A stretch of DNA of 64,000 nucleotides from an uncultured delta proteobacterium (GTDB lineage Bacteria > Desulfobacterota > BSN033 > UBA1163), in the NCBI GenBank assembly GCA_963708295.1, contig CAVPSJ010000020.1:32001-96000 (forward strand). Direction: 5' to 3'. The position numbers and the translations under genes were made by a program. A model generated the notes under the pieces. That model was not told where the DNA came from. It saw nothing but the letters and a program-made list of their open reading frames with translations, and did not search any database. Within the stretch, counting starts at the first letter, position 1, and every line of letters starts with the position of its first letter. This document shows positions 32,477-42,741 of this stretch, piece after piece.

Positions 32477-33397
32477 ATGCAAATCGGTATGATCGGACTC
32501 GGACGGATGGGAATGAACATGGTCAGGCGACTGCTCAAAGGAAGACATAAGGTCGTCGCCTATAACCGCACACCTGACCGCGTCAAAGAAATTGTCAAAG
32601 AGGGAGCGGATGGAGCCTATTCTCTCGACGAATTGGTTGAAAAACTGAAGCCCCCCCGTCTTGCCTGGCTCATGCTCCCTGCGGGCGGGCCCGTGGATGA
32701 GCACATCAAGGAACTCCAGAGCCTGCTTGCCAAGGGTGACATCCTTGTGGAGGGGGGAAATAGTTATTACAGAGAGGACATCCGTCATGAGCAAGAGCTC
32801 AAGCCTTTTGGAATCCATTACATGGATGTCGGCGTGAGTGGAGGCATTTGGGGGCTTAAGATTGGTTACTGTTTAATGGCCGGAGGAGACCGGAATATCT
32901 ATAAGCACCTTGAACCCATCTTCAAGACCCTTGCCCCCAAGGACGGATATCTTTACTGCGGGAAAACAGGTTCAGGGCACTTCGTAAAGATGATTCATAA
33001 CGGGATTGAGTACGGCATGATGGGTGCTTACGGAGAGGGTTTTGAAATCCTGAAAGCTTCACCCTATGGAAAGGACCTCGATTTTTCAGAGGTTGCCCAT
33101 CTTTGGAACCAGGGCAGTGTGGTCAGGTCCTGGCTTCTGGAGCTTGCGGAAGGCGCATTCGAAAAAGACAATAATCTTTCATCCATTTCAGGCTATGTTG
33201 AAGATTCCGGCGAAGGACGATGGACGGTTCAACAGGCCATCGATACAGCTGTCCCCGCTCCTGTGATTGCCTCTTCCCTTTTTCAGCGATTCCGTTCTCG
33301 CAAGACGGATGCTTTCTCGGATAAAGTTCTTGCAGCCCTGAGACAGGAATTCGGCGGCCATGCCATTCTGAAAGCGGGCCAAAAGAAGCCTAAATGA
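32477..33397 (+). CDS. gnd: 6-phosphogluconate dehydrogenase, decarboxylating (short type)
   Basis: GLGRMG, GVSGG, HFVKMIHNGIEYG, DSGEGRW, FGGH. Confidence 0.94.
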   Translation: MQIGMIGLGRMGMNMVRRLLKGRHKVVAYNRTPDRVKEIVKEGADGAYSLDELVEKLKPPRLAWLMLPAGGPVDEHIKELQSLLAKGDILVEGGNSYYREDIRHEQELKPFGIHYMDVGVSGGIWGLKIGYCLMAGGDRNIYKHLEPIFKTLAPKDGYLYCGKTGSGHFVKMIHNGIEYGMMGAYGEGFEILKASPYGKDLDFSEVAHLWNQGSVVRSWLLELAEGAFEKDNNLSSISGYVEDSGEGRWTVQQAIDTAVPAPVIASSLFQRFRSRKTDAFSDKVLAALRQEFGGHAILKAGQKKPK

Positions 33398-33407
33398 AGG
33401 TGAGATA

Positions 33408-34979
33408 ATGGGTTCAGACGTTAATAAAAAGGCCGGTGGAACTGCTTCCCAGATGAAAACGGAGCCGGTTTACCCAACCGCTGGCCCTTGTGCTATCGAG
33501 ATTCCAGGGCCGTGCGGCCTGGTCATTTTCGGTGCTTCGGGAGACCTTACGAAAAGGAAAATACTTCCTTCCATCTACCGACTCCAAAAAAATCGCTTGC
33601 TTCCGGAAAAATTCTTTATCCTGGGGACAGGCCGGACAAAGATGAGTACGGATCAGTTCCGCGGAGAGGTGCTTTCTGCGGTGAAAAATGTATTCACAAA
33701 GGATTTCGATGAATCCTCCTGGAATGAACTCGCAGACAGAATAGATTACTGTCCGATTGATTATACCGTTCAGGAAACCTACGCTCGATCGCTTAAAGAG
33801 AAGCTTCTTCAGATCGAAAAGAAGCACCAGACAGGAGGGAATCGAATCTTTTATTTAGCCATCCCGCCCACTCTTTATGAGAATGTCATTTCAAATCTCG
33901 GAGCGACGGGACTTTCGCAGGGAGAACGGGGTTACACGCATGTGGTCATCGAAAAACCCTTCGGCCGGGACCTCGATTCAGCCAGAAGACTCAACCGCAT
34001 TGTTAAGAATTCTTTTGATGAAAAACAGGTCTACCGGATTGACCACTTTCTGGCTTTAGAGACCGTTCAGAATATCCTCATGCTTCGATTCGCCAATTCC
34101 ATTTTCGAGCCCTTATGGAACCGGGGGTATATCGACCATATCCAGATCATGGCCTCAGAAACACTGGGCATTGAACAGCGGGCGGGATATTACGAGGAAG
34201 CGGGTGTCATCAGGGATATGTTCCAGAATCACATGTTTCAGCTCCTCGCCCTGACGGCCATGGAGCCCCCGGCCAGCTTTGGGGCGGAACCTGTGAGAGA
34301 CGAAAAGGTCAAGGTTTTTAACTCCATCCAACCATTTCCAATGGATCGCTTGAGCGACTTCGTGGCGATCGGACAGTACGGAAAGGGCAGGATCGATCAG
34401 AATCCGGTTGCCGGGTATCGGGAAGAGAAAGGGGTTTCAGAAAAATCGGTCACGCCCACCTTTGCAGCCATGAAGGTGCTGATTGATAACTGGCGGTGGA
34501 ACGGGGTGCCGTTCTATCTCCGGTCCGGGAAAAGATTATCCAGCCGGAGGACGGAGATTTCCGTTCATTTCAAGCCCGTTCCACACTTGATGTTCTTGAA
34601 TACCTTGAACGAACCCATCGAACCGAATCGATTGGTCCTCCGCGTTCACCCGGACGAAGGAATGAACCTCATTCTTCATACGAAGAACCCCGGCTCGGAA
34701 GTCTGCCTTAATCCGATTTCAATGGATTTTTGCTATCCGAGGAATGTTTTGATGGATGCCTATGAATGGGTATTACTGAATTGTATGCATGATGACCAAT
34801 TACTATTCGTCAGGGAGGATGGCGTAGAAAAATCATGGTCCTTGCTCACTCCGGTGATAGAGCGCCTTGAATCCACGACCTCCCCGGATCAATTTCCTAA
34901 TTATGCCTCAGGTTCATCCGGGCCCAGGGAGGCAGACATCTTGATCCAGAGGGACGGTCGGGCATGGAGACCCCTGTAA
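33408..34979 (+). CDS. zwf: Glucose-6-phosphate dehydrogenase
   Basis: FGASGDL, EKPFG, RIDHFL, DMFQNH. Confidence 0.93.
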   Translation: MGSDVNKKAGGTASQMKTEPVYPTAGPCAIEIPGPCGLVIFGASGDLTKRKILPSIYRLQKNRLLPEKFFILGTGRTKMSTDQFRGEVLSAVKNVFTKDFDESSWNELADRIDYCPIDYTVQETYARSLKEKLLQIEKKHQTGGNRIFYLAIPPTLYENVISNLGATGLSQGERGYTHVVIEKPFGRDLDSARRLNRIVKNSFDEKQVYRIDHFLALETVQNILMLRFANSIFEPLWNRGYIDHIQIMASETLGIEQRAGYYEEAGVIRDMFQNHMFQLLALTAMEPPASFGAEPVRDEKVKVFNSIQPFPMDRLSDFVAIGQYGKGRIDQNPVAGYREEKGVSEKSVTPTFAAMKVLIDNWRWNGVPFYLRSGKRLSSRRTEISVHFKPVPHLMFLNTLNEPIEPNRLVLRVHPDEGMNLILHTKNPGSEVCLNPISMDFCYPRNVLMDAYEWVLLNCMHDDQLLFVREDGVEKSWSLLTPVIERLESTTSPDQFPNYASGSSGPREADILIQRDGRAWRPL

Positions 34980-35734
34980 TCGAAAAGTCGAATGGGAAGG
35001 TCGAGGTACTGTCGGATTTAGAAGCCCTGAGCCTCCGTGCTGCCTCGATCTTTGTGATTGCCACAAAAAGCTCGATTGCAAGAAAGAAGCGATTTGCGGT
35101 GGCGATTTCAGGAGGATCGACTCCGGGAAGATTGTATACGCTCTTGGGTTCCGAGGCCTATCGCCATCAGGTCGACTGGCAATCCGTCCATTTTTTCTGG
35201 GCGGATGAGCGCTGTGTGCCGAAGGATGATGAAGCAAGCAATTTCAGGACCGCTTTCGATCCCCTCATATCAAAGATTGCTTTGCCCGACAAAAACATTC
35301 ATCGAATTAAAGGGGAGGAAGCCCCTGACAAAGCTGCCAGGGGTTACGAAGAAGAGATCGGAAGATTTTTCGGAGGATCGGAAAGGCCACGGTTTGATCT
35401 GATTATTCTTGGAATGGGAGAAGACGGGCATACGGCCTCACTCTTTCCGGGCTCGAAGTCACTCGAGGAAACGGTCAGGCTTGCTGTCCCGGTCTATTTG
35501 GAGGAGCCCGAAAAGAATAGGATCACCCTTACCCTTCCTGTCTTAAACAATGCCGATCAGATACTCTTTCTCGTCGCAGGATCTTCCAAAGCTTCTGTCC
35601 TGTCCGAGATCTTAGGAGAGAAAGAAAAAAAGAAAGGGTTTCCTGCGGGAATGATCCGTCCTGCCCACGGAAACATCACATGGTTGATTGATCATGAGGC
35701 AGCTGGGAAATTAGGAGGGTTGAGGTTTCATTAA
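34964..35734 (+). CDS. pgl: 6-phosphogluconolactonase
   Basis: SGGSTP, DERCVP, GMGEDGHTASLFP. Confidence 0.94.
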   Translation: METPVIEKSNGKVEVLSDLEALSLRAASIFVIATKSSIARKKRFAVAISGGSTPGRLYTLLGSEAYRHQVDWQSVHFFWADERCVPKDDEASNFRTAFDPLISKIALPDKNIHRIKGEEAPDKAARGYEEEIGRFFGGSERPRFDLIILGMGEDGHTASLFPGSKSLEETVRLAVPVYLEEPEKNRITLTLPVLNNADQILFLVAGSSKASVLSEILGEKEKKKGFPAGMIRPAHGNITWLIDHEAAGKLGGLRFH

Positions 35735-35764
35735 AGATCTCAAAATTGTAATGACATGTATTAA

Positions 35765-35930
35765 AATCTCCCCCCTGCCTTCGCCGAAGCGGCTTCGCGC
35801 AGGCAGGTCGCCCCTCTCCATCGACAAGCTCAGGATGGGAGCAAGTCGAACCATTTGCCAAATCCCGCGGAAGGCGGGACCTTTGTAAAGCCTGCCTGCC
35901 GGTAGGCAGGGGAGGTGAGGAGGGATTTTA
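35765..35930. repeat. Family-A scaffold carrying four nested short hairpin insertions
   Basis: CCTGCCTTCGCCGAAG..GCAGGCAGG, TCGACAAGCTC..GTCGA, TCCCGC..GCGGGA, CCTGCCTGCCGGTAGGCAGG. Confidence 0.65.
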
Positions 35931-36030
35931 TAAAAACAATGTTATCATTAGAAGTCGTGGGATATCTTAACACCCACTGGAAATCTGGTAAAATTGAAAC
36001 ACCTCATAACGTGTGTCAGGAGGAGGAACA

Positions 36031-37002
36031 ATGAACGATTTCGAAAAACAGGTTGCGGGAATCAACGGTCAGGGATTGCACAGCGCGAGCATCGAGACAT
36101 TACAGGTCAATCTCGGGCTCCTGTGCAACCAGCGGTGTACGCACTGCCACCTTGAGGCCTCTCCACAAAGAGATGAAATCATGGAATGGCCTGTGATGGA
36201 GCTGGTCCTGGAGGCGGCCAAGAGTGCCCGGTGCCAACGGGTCGATCTCACCGGCGGAGCCCCTGAGCTCAACCCCCATTTTCGCCAATTTGTAGCGGCT
36301 CTTCGTCGGGACAGCATTTCCGTGCAGGTGCGAACGAACCTGACCGTGCTCTTTGAACCGGCTATGGAAAGCATGCCGGAATTCCTCAGGAAGCACCGGG
36401 TTCGGGTCGTGGCATCCATGCCATGTTATCTGGAAGAGAATGTTCGTGCCCAACGCGGCGTGGGGACCTATGAGAAAAGCGTTGCAGCGATCAAAATACT
36501 TAATGGTTTTGGGTATGGTTCTGACCCGGAATTGCCCCTCAACCTCGTGTACAATCCTGGGGGACCGTTTCTGCCACCCGCACAGTCGGCGCTTGAGGAA
36601 GACTACAGGCGCGAACTGGGTCAGCGCTTCGGCATCGTTTTTAATCACCTTCTCACCATCGCGAATATGCCTCTGGGGCGGTTTCGAAATGAGCTGGACC
36701 GGCAGGGCCAACGGGAGACCTATCTGCGACTGTTCCGAGATTCATTCAATCTTGAAACTGTGTCCGGGTTAATGTGCCGCAACCAGTTGAGCGTAGGGTG
36801 GGACGGGACCCTCTATGACTGCGATTTCAACGTGGCCCTTGGCCTTCCCGTGAACCACGGGGCTCCTGATCATATCAAAAACTTTAAAGCGGAAGACTTG
36901 ACGATGCGGCGAATTGTCACCGGAGATCACTGCTTTGGATGCACCGCCGGATCAGGGTCCTCCTGCGGCGGAGCACTGGTATCTTTCTCCTCCCCTCGGT
37001 AA
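36031..37002 (+). CDS. arsS: Arsenosugar biosynthesis radical SAM protein ArsS-like (Cys form)
   Basis: LQVNLG..CNQRCTHCH, DLTGGAPE, LMCR, YDCDFN, HCFGCTAGSGSSCGG. Confidence 0.85.
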   Translation: MNDFEKQVAGINGQGLHSASIETLQVNLGLLCNQRCTHCHLEASPQRDEIMEWPVMELVLEAAKSARCQRVDLTGGAPELNPHFRQFVAALRRDSISVQVRTNLTVLFEPAMESMPEFLRKHRVRVVASMPCYLEENVRAQRGVGTYEKSVAAIKILNGFGYGSDPELPLNLVYNPGGPFLPPAQSALEEDYRRELGQRFGIVFNHLLTIANMPLGRFRNELDRQGQRETYLRLFRDSFNLETVSGLMCRNQLSVGWDGTLYDCDFNVALGLPVNHGAPDHIKNFKAEDLTMRRIVTGDHCFGCTAGSGSSCGGALVSFSSPR

Positions 37003-37142
37003 CGAGCCGTGTCAACCCGAGGAGGAGGAGGAAGACCGTTGTGTTCCTCCCCCTTCAAGGGGGAGGCTAGGAAGGGGATGGGGATGTTGAACTCGTTTCA
37101 GCATCTCATTTGACGCGTTTGTATTACTCCCGGGAGGTAACC

Positions 37143-38664
37143 ATGTCTCAGATCCCGCAAGTTTTACCTCATGACGTTCACAATGAGGCTTTGGTTTCCA
37201 ATGTCCACCCAAAGGATTGGGAAAATCCTGAGCCTGCCTCTCGTTACAACCTGGTGGTGATCGGAGCAGGGACGGCGGGGTTAGTAACCGCAGCCGGCGC
37301 CGCAGGACTTGGGGCAAAGGTTGCCCTCGTGGAGCGGCACCTTCTCGGAGGCGATTGTCTTAATGTGGGATGCGTCCCCTCGAAATGCATTATTCGCTCC
37401 TCACGAATGGCGGCGGAGATTCGTGAGGCCGACCAATTTGGCATCCGGGTTCCGGAGGGTATGGGGATCGATTTTCCTTCCGTGATGGAGCGCATGAGAA
37501 GGCTTCGGGCCCAAATCAGCGCTCATGATTCGGCCAGACGGTTTAAAGATCTGGGGGTCGATGTCTTCCTGGGAGAGGGACGATTCACAGGTCCTGATAC
37601 GGTAGAGGTCGGAGGGAAGATTTTAAGATTCAAGAAGGCAGTCATCGCGACAGGCACGAGGCCCGTACACCCTGCCATTGACGGTATAGCCCAAGTTGGT
37701 TTTCTCACGAACGAAACCGTATTCTCCCTGACGGAGCAGACCGCGGCGAATGGCGGTCATTGGGGGAGGGCCTATTGGATGTGAACTGGCTCAGGCGTTT
37801 CGGCGGCTGGGTTCTGAGGTGATTCTCTTTCACAATGCTTCCCATATCCTAAACCGCGAGGACAGCGATGCGGCAGAAATTCTCCAGAAATCCTTCATTC
37901 GCGATGGGATCCGATTGGTCCTTAACTGTAAGACCAAACGGGTTGAAAAGAAGAATGGGAACAAGGTCATCCATATCGACTGCGGGGGAAAAGAGGACGA
38001 GATCGCAGTGGACGAAATCCTGGCGGGGGCGGGCCGGGCTCCGAATGTGGAGGGCCTGAACCTGGAGGCCGTGGGCGTGAAATACGATAAGAGGGAGGGA
38101 GTAGAAGCGAATGAATATTTGCAGACGACGAATCCGAGGATCTATGCTGCCGGCGATATCTGCCTGAAGTACAAGTTCACCCACACCGCCGACGCCACTG
38201 CCCGGATGGTCATCCAGAATGCCTTGTTTCTGGGCCGCAAGAAACAGAGCGCCTTGACGATTCCATGGTGTACTTACACGGATCCGGAGATTGCCCATGT
38301 CGGGATGTATGAGGCAGATGCGCAGGAGAAGGGAATCGCTGTTGACACCTTCATTAGGCCGCTGAATGACGTCGATCGTGCCATCGCCGATGGAGAGGAA
38401 GAAGGTTTTGTCAAGATCCACGTCAGGAAAGGGACGGATAAGATTCTCGGGGCAACGATCGTCGCCCGTCACGCCGGAGAGATGCTGAGTGAGATCACTC
38501 TGGCGATCGTGGGCGAGATTGGACTGGGAACACTGTCGAACGTGATCCATCCCTATCCCACCCAGGCCGAAGCCATCAAACAGGCAGCCGATGCCTATAA
38601 CCGCACCCGATTGACTCCTTTCATTAAAGGACTCTTCACCCGGTGGTTGGCCTGGACGAGATAA
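37143..38664 (+). CDS. Mercuric reductase-like pyridine nucleotide-disulfide oxidoreductase (frameshift near 37740)
   Basis: GGDCLNVGCVPSK, GGGPIGCE, IHPYPT; lacks the MerA C-terminal CC pair. Confidence 0.85.
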
Positions 38665-38696
38665 CCAAGTTCTACTCAGACAAATGAGTCATCTAA

Positions 38697-38835
38697 CCCC
38701 ACCCCCGCCCCATGCACCACGTGGGATGCATGGCTGGTCCTGAACCTTACATGGTTCAGGGCTCCCTCCCCCTGAAGGGGAGGGAAATTGGTATGCTCCT
38801 CCCCCTTCAAGGGGGAGGGTAGGAGGGGGATAGGG
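38697..38835. repeat. Compound family-A repeat, inverted copy of 32114-32282
   Basis: About 85 bp near-identical reverse complement including the nested hairpins. Confidence 0.75.
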
Positions 38836-38988
38836 TAACTGTTGGAGTAGTATCAAAGTTACCATATCATAAGAATAGATGTCTCATTAAAATCTCCGCG
38901 TTTCATAAATTTGGCAAAGAGGAGCCGTTCGACGGAGAGTTCACGGCCATGAGCTTGTCGAGGGGTTAGGGGAGATTTTCGGAAGAAT

Positions 38989-39708
38989 ATGTCTAATGAA
39001 TTGAAAACCATTCCTTCAAGACCCACCAAGAGTCGAATGGGAGCAATAATAAAAGCTCTCGTGTTTGTCGTCTTCATCGTCGCAGCCATTTACGTCATCC
39101 GGTTCACACCGGTCAAAGATTTTCTCACCCGGGAGGCATTGAGTCATCGCCTAGAGTCTGCAGGCATGTGGGCCCCCCTATTTTTCATACTTGTCTATGC
39201 CGTCGGGGTGTGTTTTTTTGTCCCTGGGACTTTGCTCACTGCCCTTGGGGCGGCTATCTTCGGCGCTTATTGGGGATTTTTGTACGTCTGGATCGGGGCG
39301 ATGATCGGGGCGAGTGCTTCTTTCTGGATCGGGCGAACCCTGGGCAGGGAGTTTGCGGCTTCCCTCATCGGAGACCGGCTCAAAAAGTATGATGACGCCA
39401 TTGAGCGAAATGGGTTTGCGACGGTGCTCTATTTACGCCTGATCTATTTTCCCTTCACCATCATGGACTTTGGAATGGGGATTACGAAGGTGCGGTTCTG
39501 GGATTATTTTGCGGGAACCGGATTGGGCATCCTTGTCGGAACGTTCATTTTTACCTTTTTCATCGGCACACTGAAGGAGGTTTGGGCCAGCGGTCAATGG
39601 GGTCAATTACTTTCCTTCAAGCTGTTCTTCTCTGTGGGTCTCTTTGTCTTTTCCTTTTTCATCCCAAAGATCATCAAAAAACTGAAGAAAGAAAATGAGC
39701 GGGGCTAG
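38989..39708 (+). CDS. TVP38/TMEM64 (DedA/VTT) membrane protein
   Basis: FVPGTLLT..G..FG, LRLIYFPF; polytopic. Confidence 0.88.
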   Translation: MSNELKTIPSRPTKSRMGAIIKALVFVVFIVAAIYVIRFTPVKDFLTREALSHRLESAGMWAPLFFILVYAVGVCFFVPGTLLTALGAAIFGAYWGFLYVWIGAMIGASASFWIGRTLGREFAASLIGDRLKKYDDAIERNGFATVLYLRLIYFPFTIMDFGMGITKVRFWDYFAGTGLGILVGTFIFTFFIGTLKEVWASGQWGQLLSFKLFFSVGLFVFSFFIPKIIKKLKKENERG

Positions 39709-39953
39709 CTGGATGCTGGGAAGTCATCTTTTTCAGGTTGCTCAAAAATGGCCCTGCCTACGCCGAGGCTTCGGCAGGCAGGCAGATGCAAGTTGAGTCT
39801 GCGAAATCCCGTTTACGGGGGCACCCGAATTCTTTTGTAGGGAACGCATATATGCGTTCCCTAAGGTGATGTACGCCGCAACGACGAAGGGTGAGGGTAA
39901 CGCCGCAGATGCCTGCCTGCCGGTAGGCAGGGGCGTTTTCCAGCAACCTGTTA
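39706..39953. mobile_element. MITE-like repeat, family B (reverse orientation) with nested hairpins
   Basis: Spans from the TAG stop (39706) to the opposing TAA stop (39951-39953). Confidence 0.75.
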
Positions 39954-41099
39954 AATTCCTTTGGAGAATGGCTGTGCATATCCCGTCAATTCTGCATACC
40001 CCAACCCGTTGATCGGACTGCCCTGATATTTTCCTTCGACCTTTACACTTCCTTCCCAATAGGTCACCCGTGTGGATTCCTTGGTGATCAACTCCTGATC
40101 CTTGACCGTAGGCGAGAGGGTCAATTCAATTTGACGGGCCGGGACCGTTATCTTCCATTTAGAGGGATAGAGCGCTCCGCTCTTTGAACTTTTCCATCGG
40201 TCAAGGACTTCGATCTGAAATTCTTTCTCAGGGAGATGCTGATGGTTTCCGTCAGGAAATATGATGGTTCCACTCGAATAGGGATCGATTTTTCCGTCTC
40301 TATGCCGAATCTGATAAAACATTAACTCTATGCCATTATCCAACTGAATACTGAACCAATCCCACCCCAGCTGATATTCCCGGAGTTGAGCGGAGCCGAA
40401 TTCATGGTCCATCCAGCTGATTCCTTGAACAGGGACTTCCTTATTCTGTAAGAAGATCTTTCCTTCCGTTTTCAGGCGAGGGATGGAATAGTAATGCGAG
40501 GCAAATCCTTCTCCTTCGCCCTTCTGGCTAACCCCGTTTTGCCCATGGATCACCGGATTTTTGTCCGGTGTCAGCATCAGCTCCAGCCCAAACCTTTTAT
40601 CTCCGGCCTTGAGGGAGTGGTTTTGCATTGAAGGACCTTTCTCTTCGACAGACCAGTCCTCGATCCAGATTCGGAAGGTCTTTTCACCTGTCTTGTAAGG
40701 GGAAGCCCCTGCCTCGCCCAGGCTTCCACGACTGATCTTTTCAAGATATTCAAACTTTCCTCTGGATTCATCCGTGATCGCAAGATGAGCGAAATAGAGG
40801 TCGCGAATGGACCACTTCGATTTTTGTTGTTTTTTCTCCCTGTTCAAGCCCGTTCTAAAAAAGGTGAGTTGATAGCCGAAGGATCTTTTTTCTTGAGTTT
40901 GAGATTGGAGATGCCCGGAATAATACCACCATTCCGTCTTAAATTCAGGATGAGAAAAATGGTCTTGGGGAAAAGAAAAGACCTTTCCGGGAAGCGCCCG
41001 TTTGAAGTTTTGGCCTACGAGCGGAGAAGCAAATAAAGCAAGGCTCAGAAAAATTACAAAGCAGGCAGTCATTGCGAGCCAAAGCCGAAACAATCTCAT
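39951..41099 (-). CDS. AttH/CrtC-like lipocalin-domain secreted protein
   Basis: FPQDHFSHPEFKTEWWYYSG, FGYQLTFFR, SWMDHEF, GWDWF, YWEG, GYAELTGY. Confidence 0.85.
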   Translation of the reverse strand: MRLFRLWLAMTACFVIFLSLALFASPLVGQNFKRALPGKVFSFPQDHFSHPEFKTEWWYYSGHLQSQTQEKRSFGYQLTFFRTGLNREKKQQKSKWSIRDLYFAHLAITDESRGKFEYLEKISRGSLGEAGASPYKTGEKTFRIWIEDWSVEEKGPSMQNHSLKAGDKRFGLELMLTPDKNPVIHGQNGVSQKGEGEGFASHYYSIPRLKTEGKIFLQNKEVPVQGISWMDHEFGSAQLREYQLGWDWFSIQLDNGIELMFYQIRHRDGKIDPYSSGTIIFPDGNHQHLPEKEFQIEVLDRWKSSKSGALYPSKWKITVPARQIELTLSPTVKDQELITKESTRVTYWEGSVKVEGKYQGSPINGLGYAELTGYAQPFSKGI

Positions 41100-41391
41100 C
41101 CTCGATCCCCTCGCCCTCCCTTTGCACCTCTTCTCCCTCTCCCCTCGGTTTCGAGTCGCAACGACTGGTGGGAGAGGGTGGGGGTGAGGGGGAAAATTTG
41201 CCGAGAGAGTATTGGAACTACCCGTAACCATAAAAGGGCACATTTTTTGCACAAAAAAGACAGCGCAGAACCAGAAAGTCTTGGAACTCGGGATGAATTG
41301 GATTTTTCACCTAAAGATCTCAAGTTTTCCAAAAAATCCAATATCATACGAAGTTTGTCTTTCATAGGATTATATGCAAAATGCCAAATAG

Positions 41392-41529
41392 AATCAACCC
41401 ATTTGACTTCCGGTCTGTAGCCCGGGGTATGCCCCTCGGCCTGAGCTCGGGTCGAAGGTTCAGGGTTGATACTGAGCGGCGGTTTTTACCGCGATTTAGG
41501 ATTCGGAGTTTGGCGCAATCGAGCCTATC
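41392..41529. repeat. Repeat family D, copy 1
   Basis: GCCCGGGGTATGC..TCAGGGTTGATACTGAGCGGCG..TTTTTACC..TTTGGCGC shared with 50337-50447. Confidence 0.75.
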
Positions 41530-41707
41530 AACAATTATGTACAATTTTAGATACAGAAGCGCCAAAAACTGGTAAAAAGCCAGAACTAGGAGACCCGATT
41601 CCAAACAAATACGAATTTCGTCTATTAATTATTCGCCCCGGAAGACATGAATAGATACGAGAGAACTTTCCTTTTATAGATTTAGGGGACGTTGGTTCTA
41701 AAACAAC

Positions 41708-41736
41708 TTGACAGGTAGCGCGGAAGTATGTAAGGT
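41708..41736 (+). promoter_or_regulatory. Sigma70 promoter overlapping left TIR; predicted leaderless start
   Basis: TTGACA-17nt-TAAGGT ending 6 nt before ATG 41743; no SD sequence. Confidence 0.55.
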
Positions 41737-41742
41737 GGTTTT

Positions 41743-42741
41743 ATGCCGAGACAACCAAGACTGGATGCTCCTGGAGCGTTGCATCATATCATAGGCCGAG
41801 GCATCGACCGGACAAGCATATTCCGCACAGATCAAGACCGGGAGGATTTCGTTAATAGGCTGGCAGAATTGTCGATGGCCGGGGAGCTAATCGTGTATGC
41901 TTGGTCCCTGATGGCCAACCACTTTCATTTATTGCTTCGGACAGGTCGGCAGTCTATTTCGAAGAGCATGAGGAAACTTCTTACGGGATACGTCGTGAAC
42001 TTTAACCTGCGGCACAAGAGATATGGTCATCTCTTTCAGAACAGGTACAAGTCGATCATATGTGAAGACGATCCCTATCTGCTGGAATTGACGAGATACA
42101 TTCATTTGAATCCGTTAAGAGCAAGGATAGTTAATAGCTTGGAAGCCGTGAGAGACTATCGTTGGACAGGTCATGCTGCGATCCTTGGGAGGGTGAGGCA
42201 GGAGTGGCAGGATATTGAGGCAATTAGGGCCTATTTCGGTAAGGGGCGTCGGGCAGTTAAGAGATATGAGGAGTATGTGAGAGAAGGGGTATCCCTTGGG
42301 AGGAGGCCAGAATTAGTGGGCGGTGGACTGATACGTAGTTTAGGGGGATGGTCACAGGTGCTGTCGTTGAGGAGGAAAGGAATCAAGGTTGCATCAGACG
42401 AAAGGATCTTAGGGAGGGATGAATTCATACAAGAGCTTATGTCCGAAGCTGAGGAGAGAGAAAAGGAGAGTTTGAGACTGAGTCGTGAGGTTCCAGGACT
42501 ACCAACGTTGGCGAAGAGAATCATAAAGGGGACAGCGGTAGAGGAATCGGAGTTACGTTCGGGGACGCGAAAGAGAGAGGTAGCGAGAGCAAGGAGGCTG
42601 TTTTGTCAGTTGGCGATAGGGAAGATGGGGTATCCCGGTGCAGAAGTTGCCCGTTTTCTTGGGGTGACGACTTCTTCGGTTAATCGGTTGGCCGTTTCCA
42701 AGGAAGTGGTCGATTTAAAGAAATATCTTAAGTTGTTTTAG
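41743..42741 (+). CDS. RAYT-like Y1 HUH transposase with C-terminal DnaA_C-like HTH
   Basis: HHIIGRG, NHFHLL (HUH), GHLFQNRYKS, RYIHLNP (catalytic Tyr), AEVARFLGVTTSSV HTH. Confidence 0.9.
   Translation: MPRQPRLDAPGALHHIIGRGIDRTSIFRTDQDREDFVNRLAELSMAGELIVYAWSLMANHFHLLLRTGRQSISKSMRKLLTGYVVNFNLRHKRYGHLFQNRYKSIICEDDPYLLELTRYIHLNPLRARIVNSLEAVRDYRWTGHAAILGRVRQEWQDIEAIRAYFGKGRRAVKRYEEYVREGVSLGRRPELVGGGLIRSLGGWSQVLSLRRKGIKVASDERILGRDEFIQELMSEAEEREKESLRLSREVPGLPTLAKRIIKGTAVEESELRSGTRKREVARARRLFCQLAIGKMGYPGAEVARFLGVTTSSVNRLAVSKEVVDLKKYLKLF

Noticed and set aside
36940-37002. Selenocysteine in ArsS or other Cys-rich proteins
   Set aside because: Relevant codons are TGC/TGT; no in-frame TGA at motif positions
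37143-38664. True merA mercury resistance
   Set aside because: No C-terminal Cys-Cys and no mer genes; has the HPYPT motif of lipoamide-dehydrogenase-like enzymes
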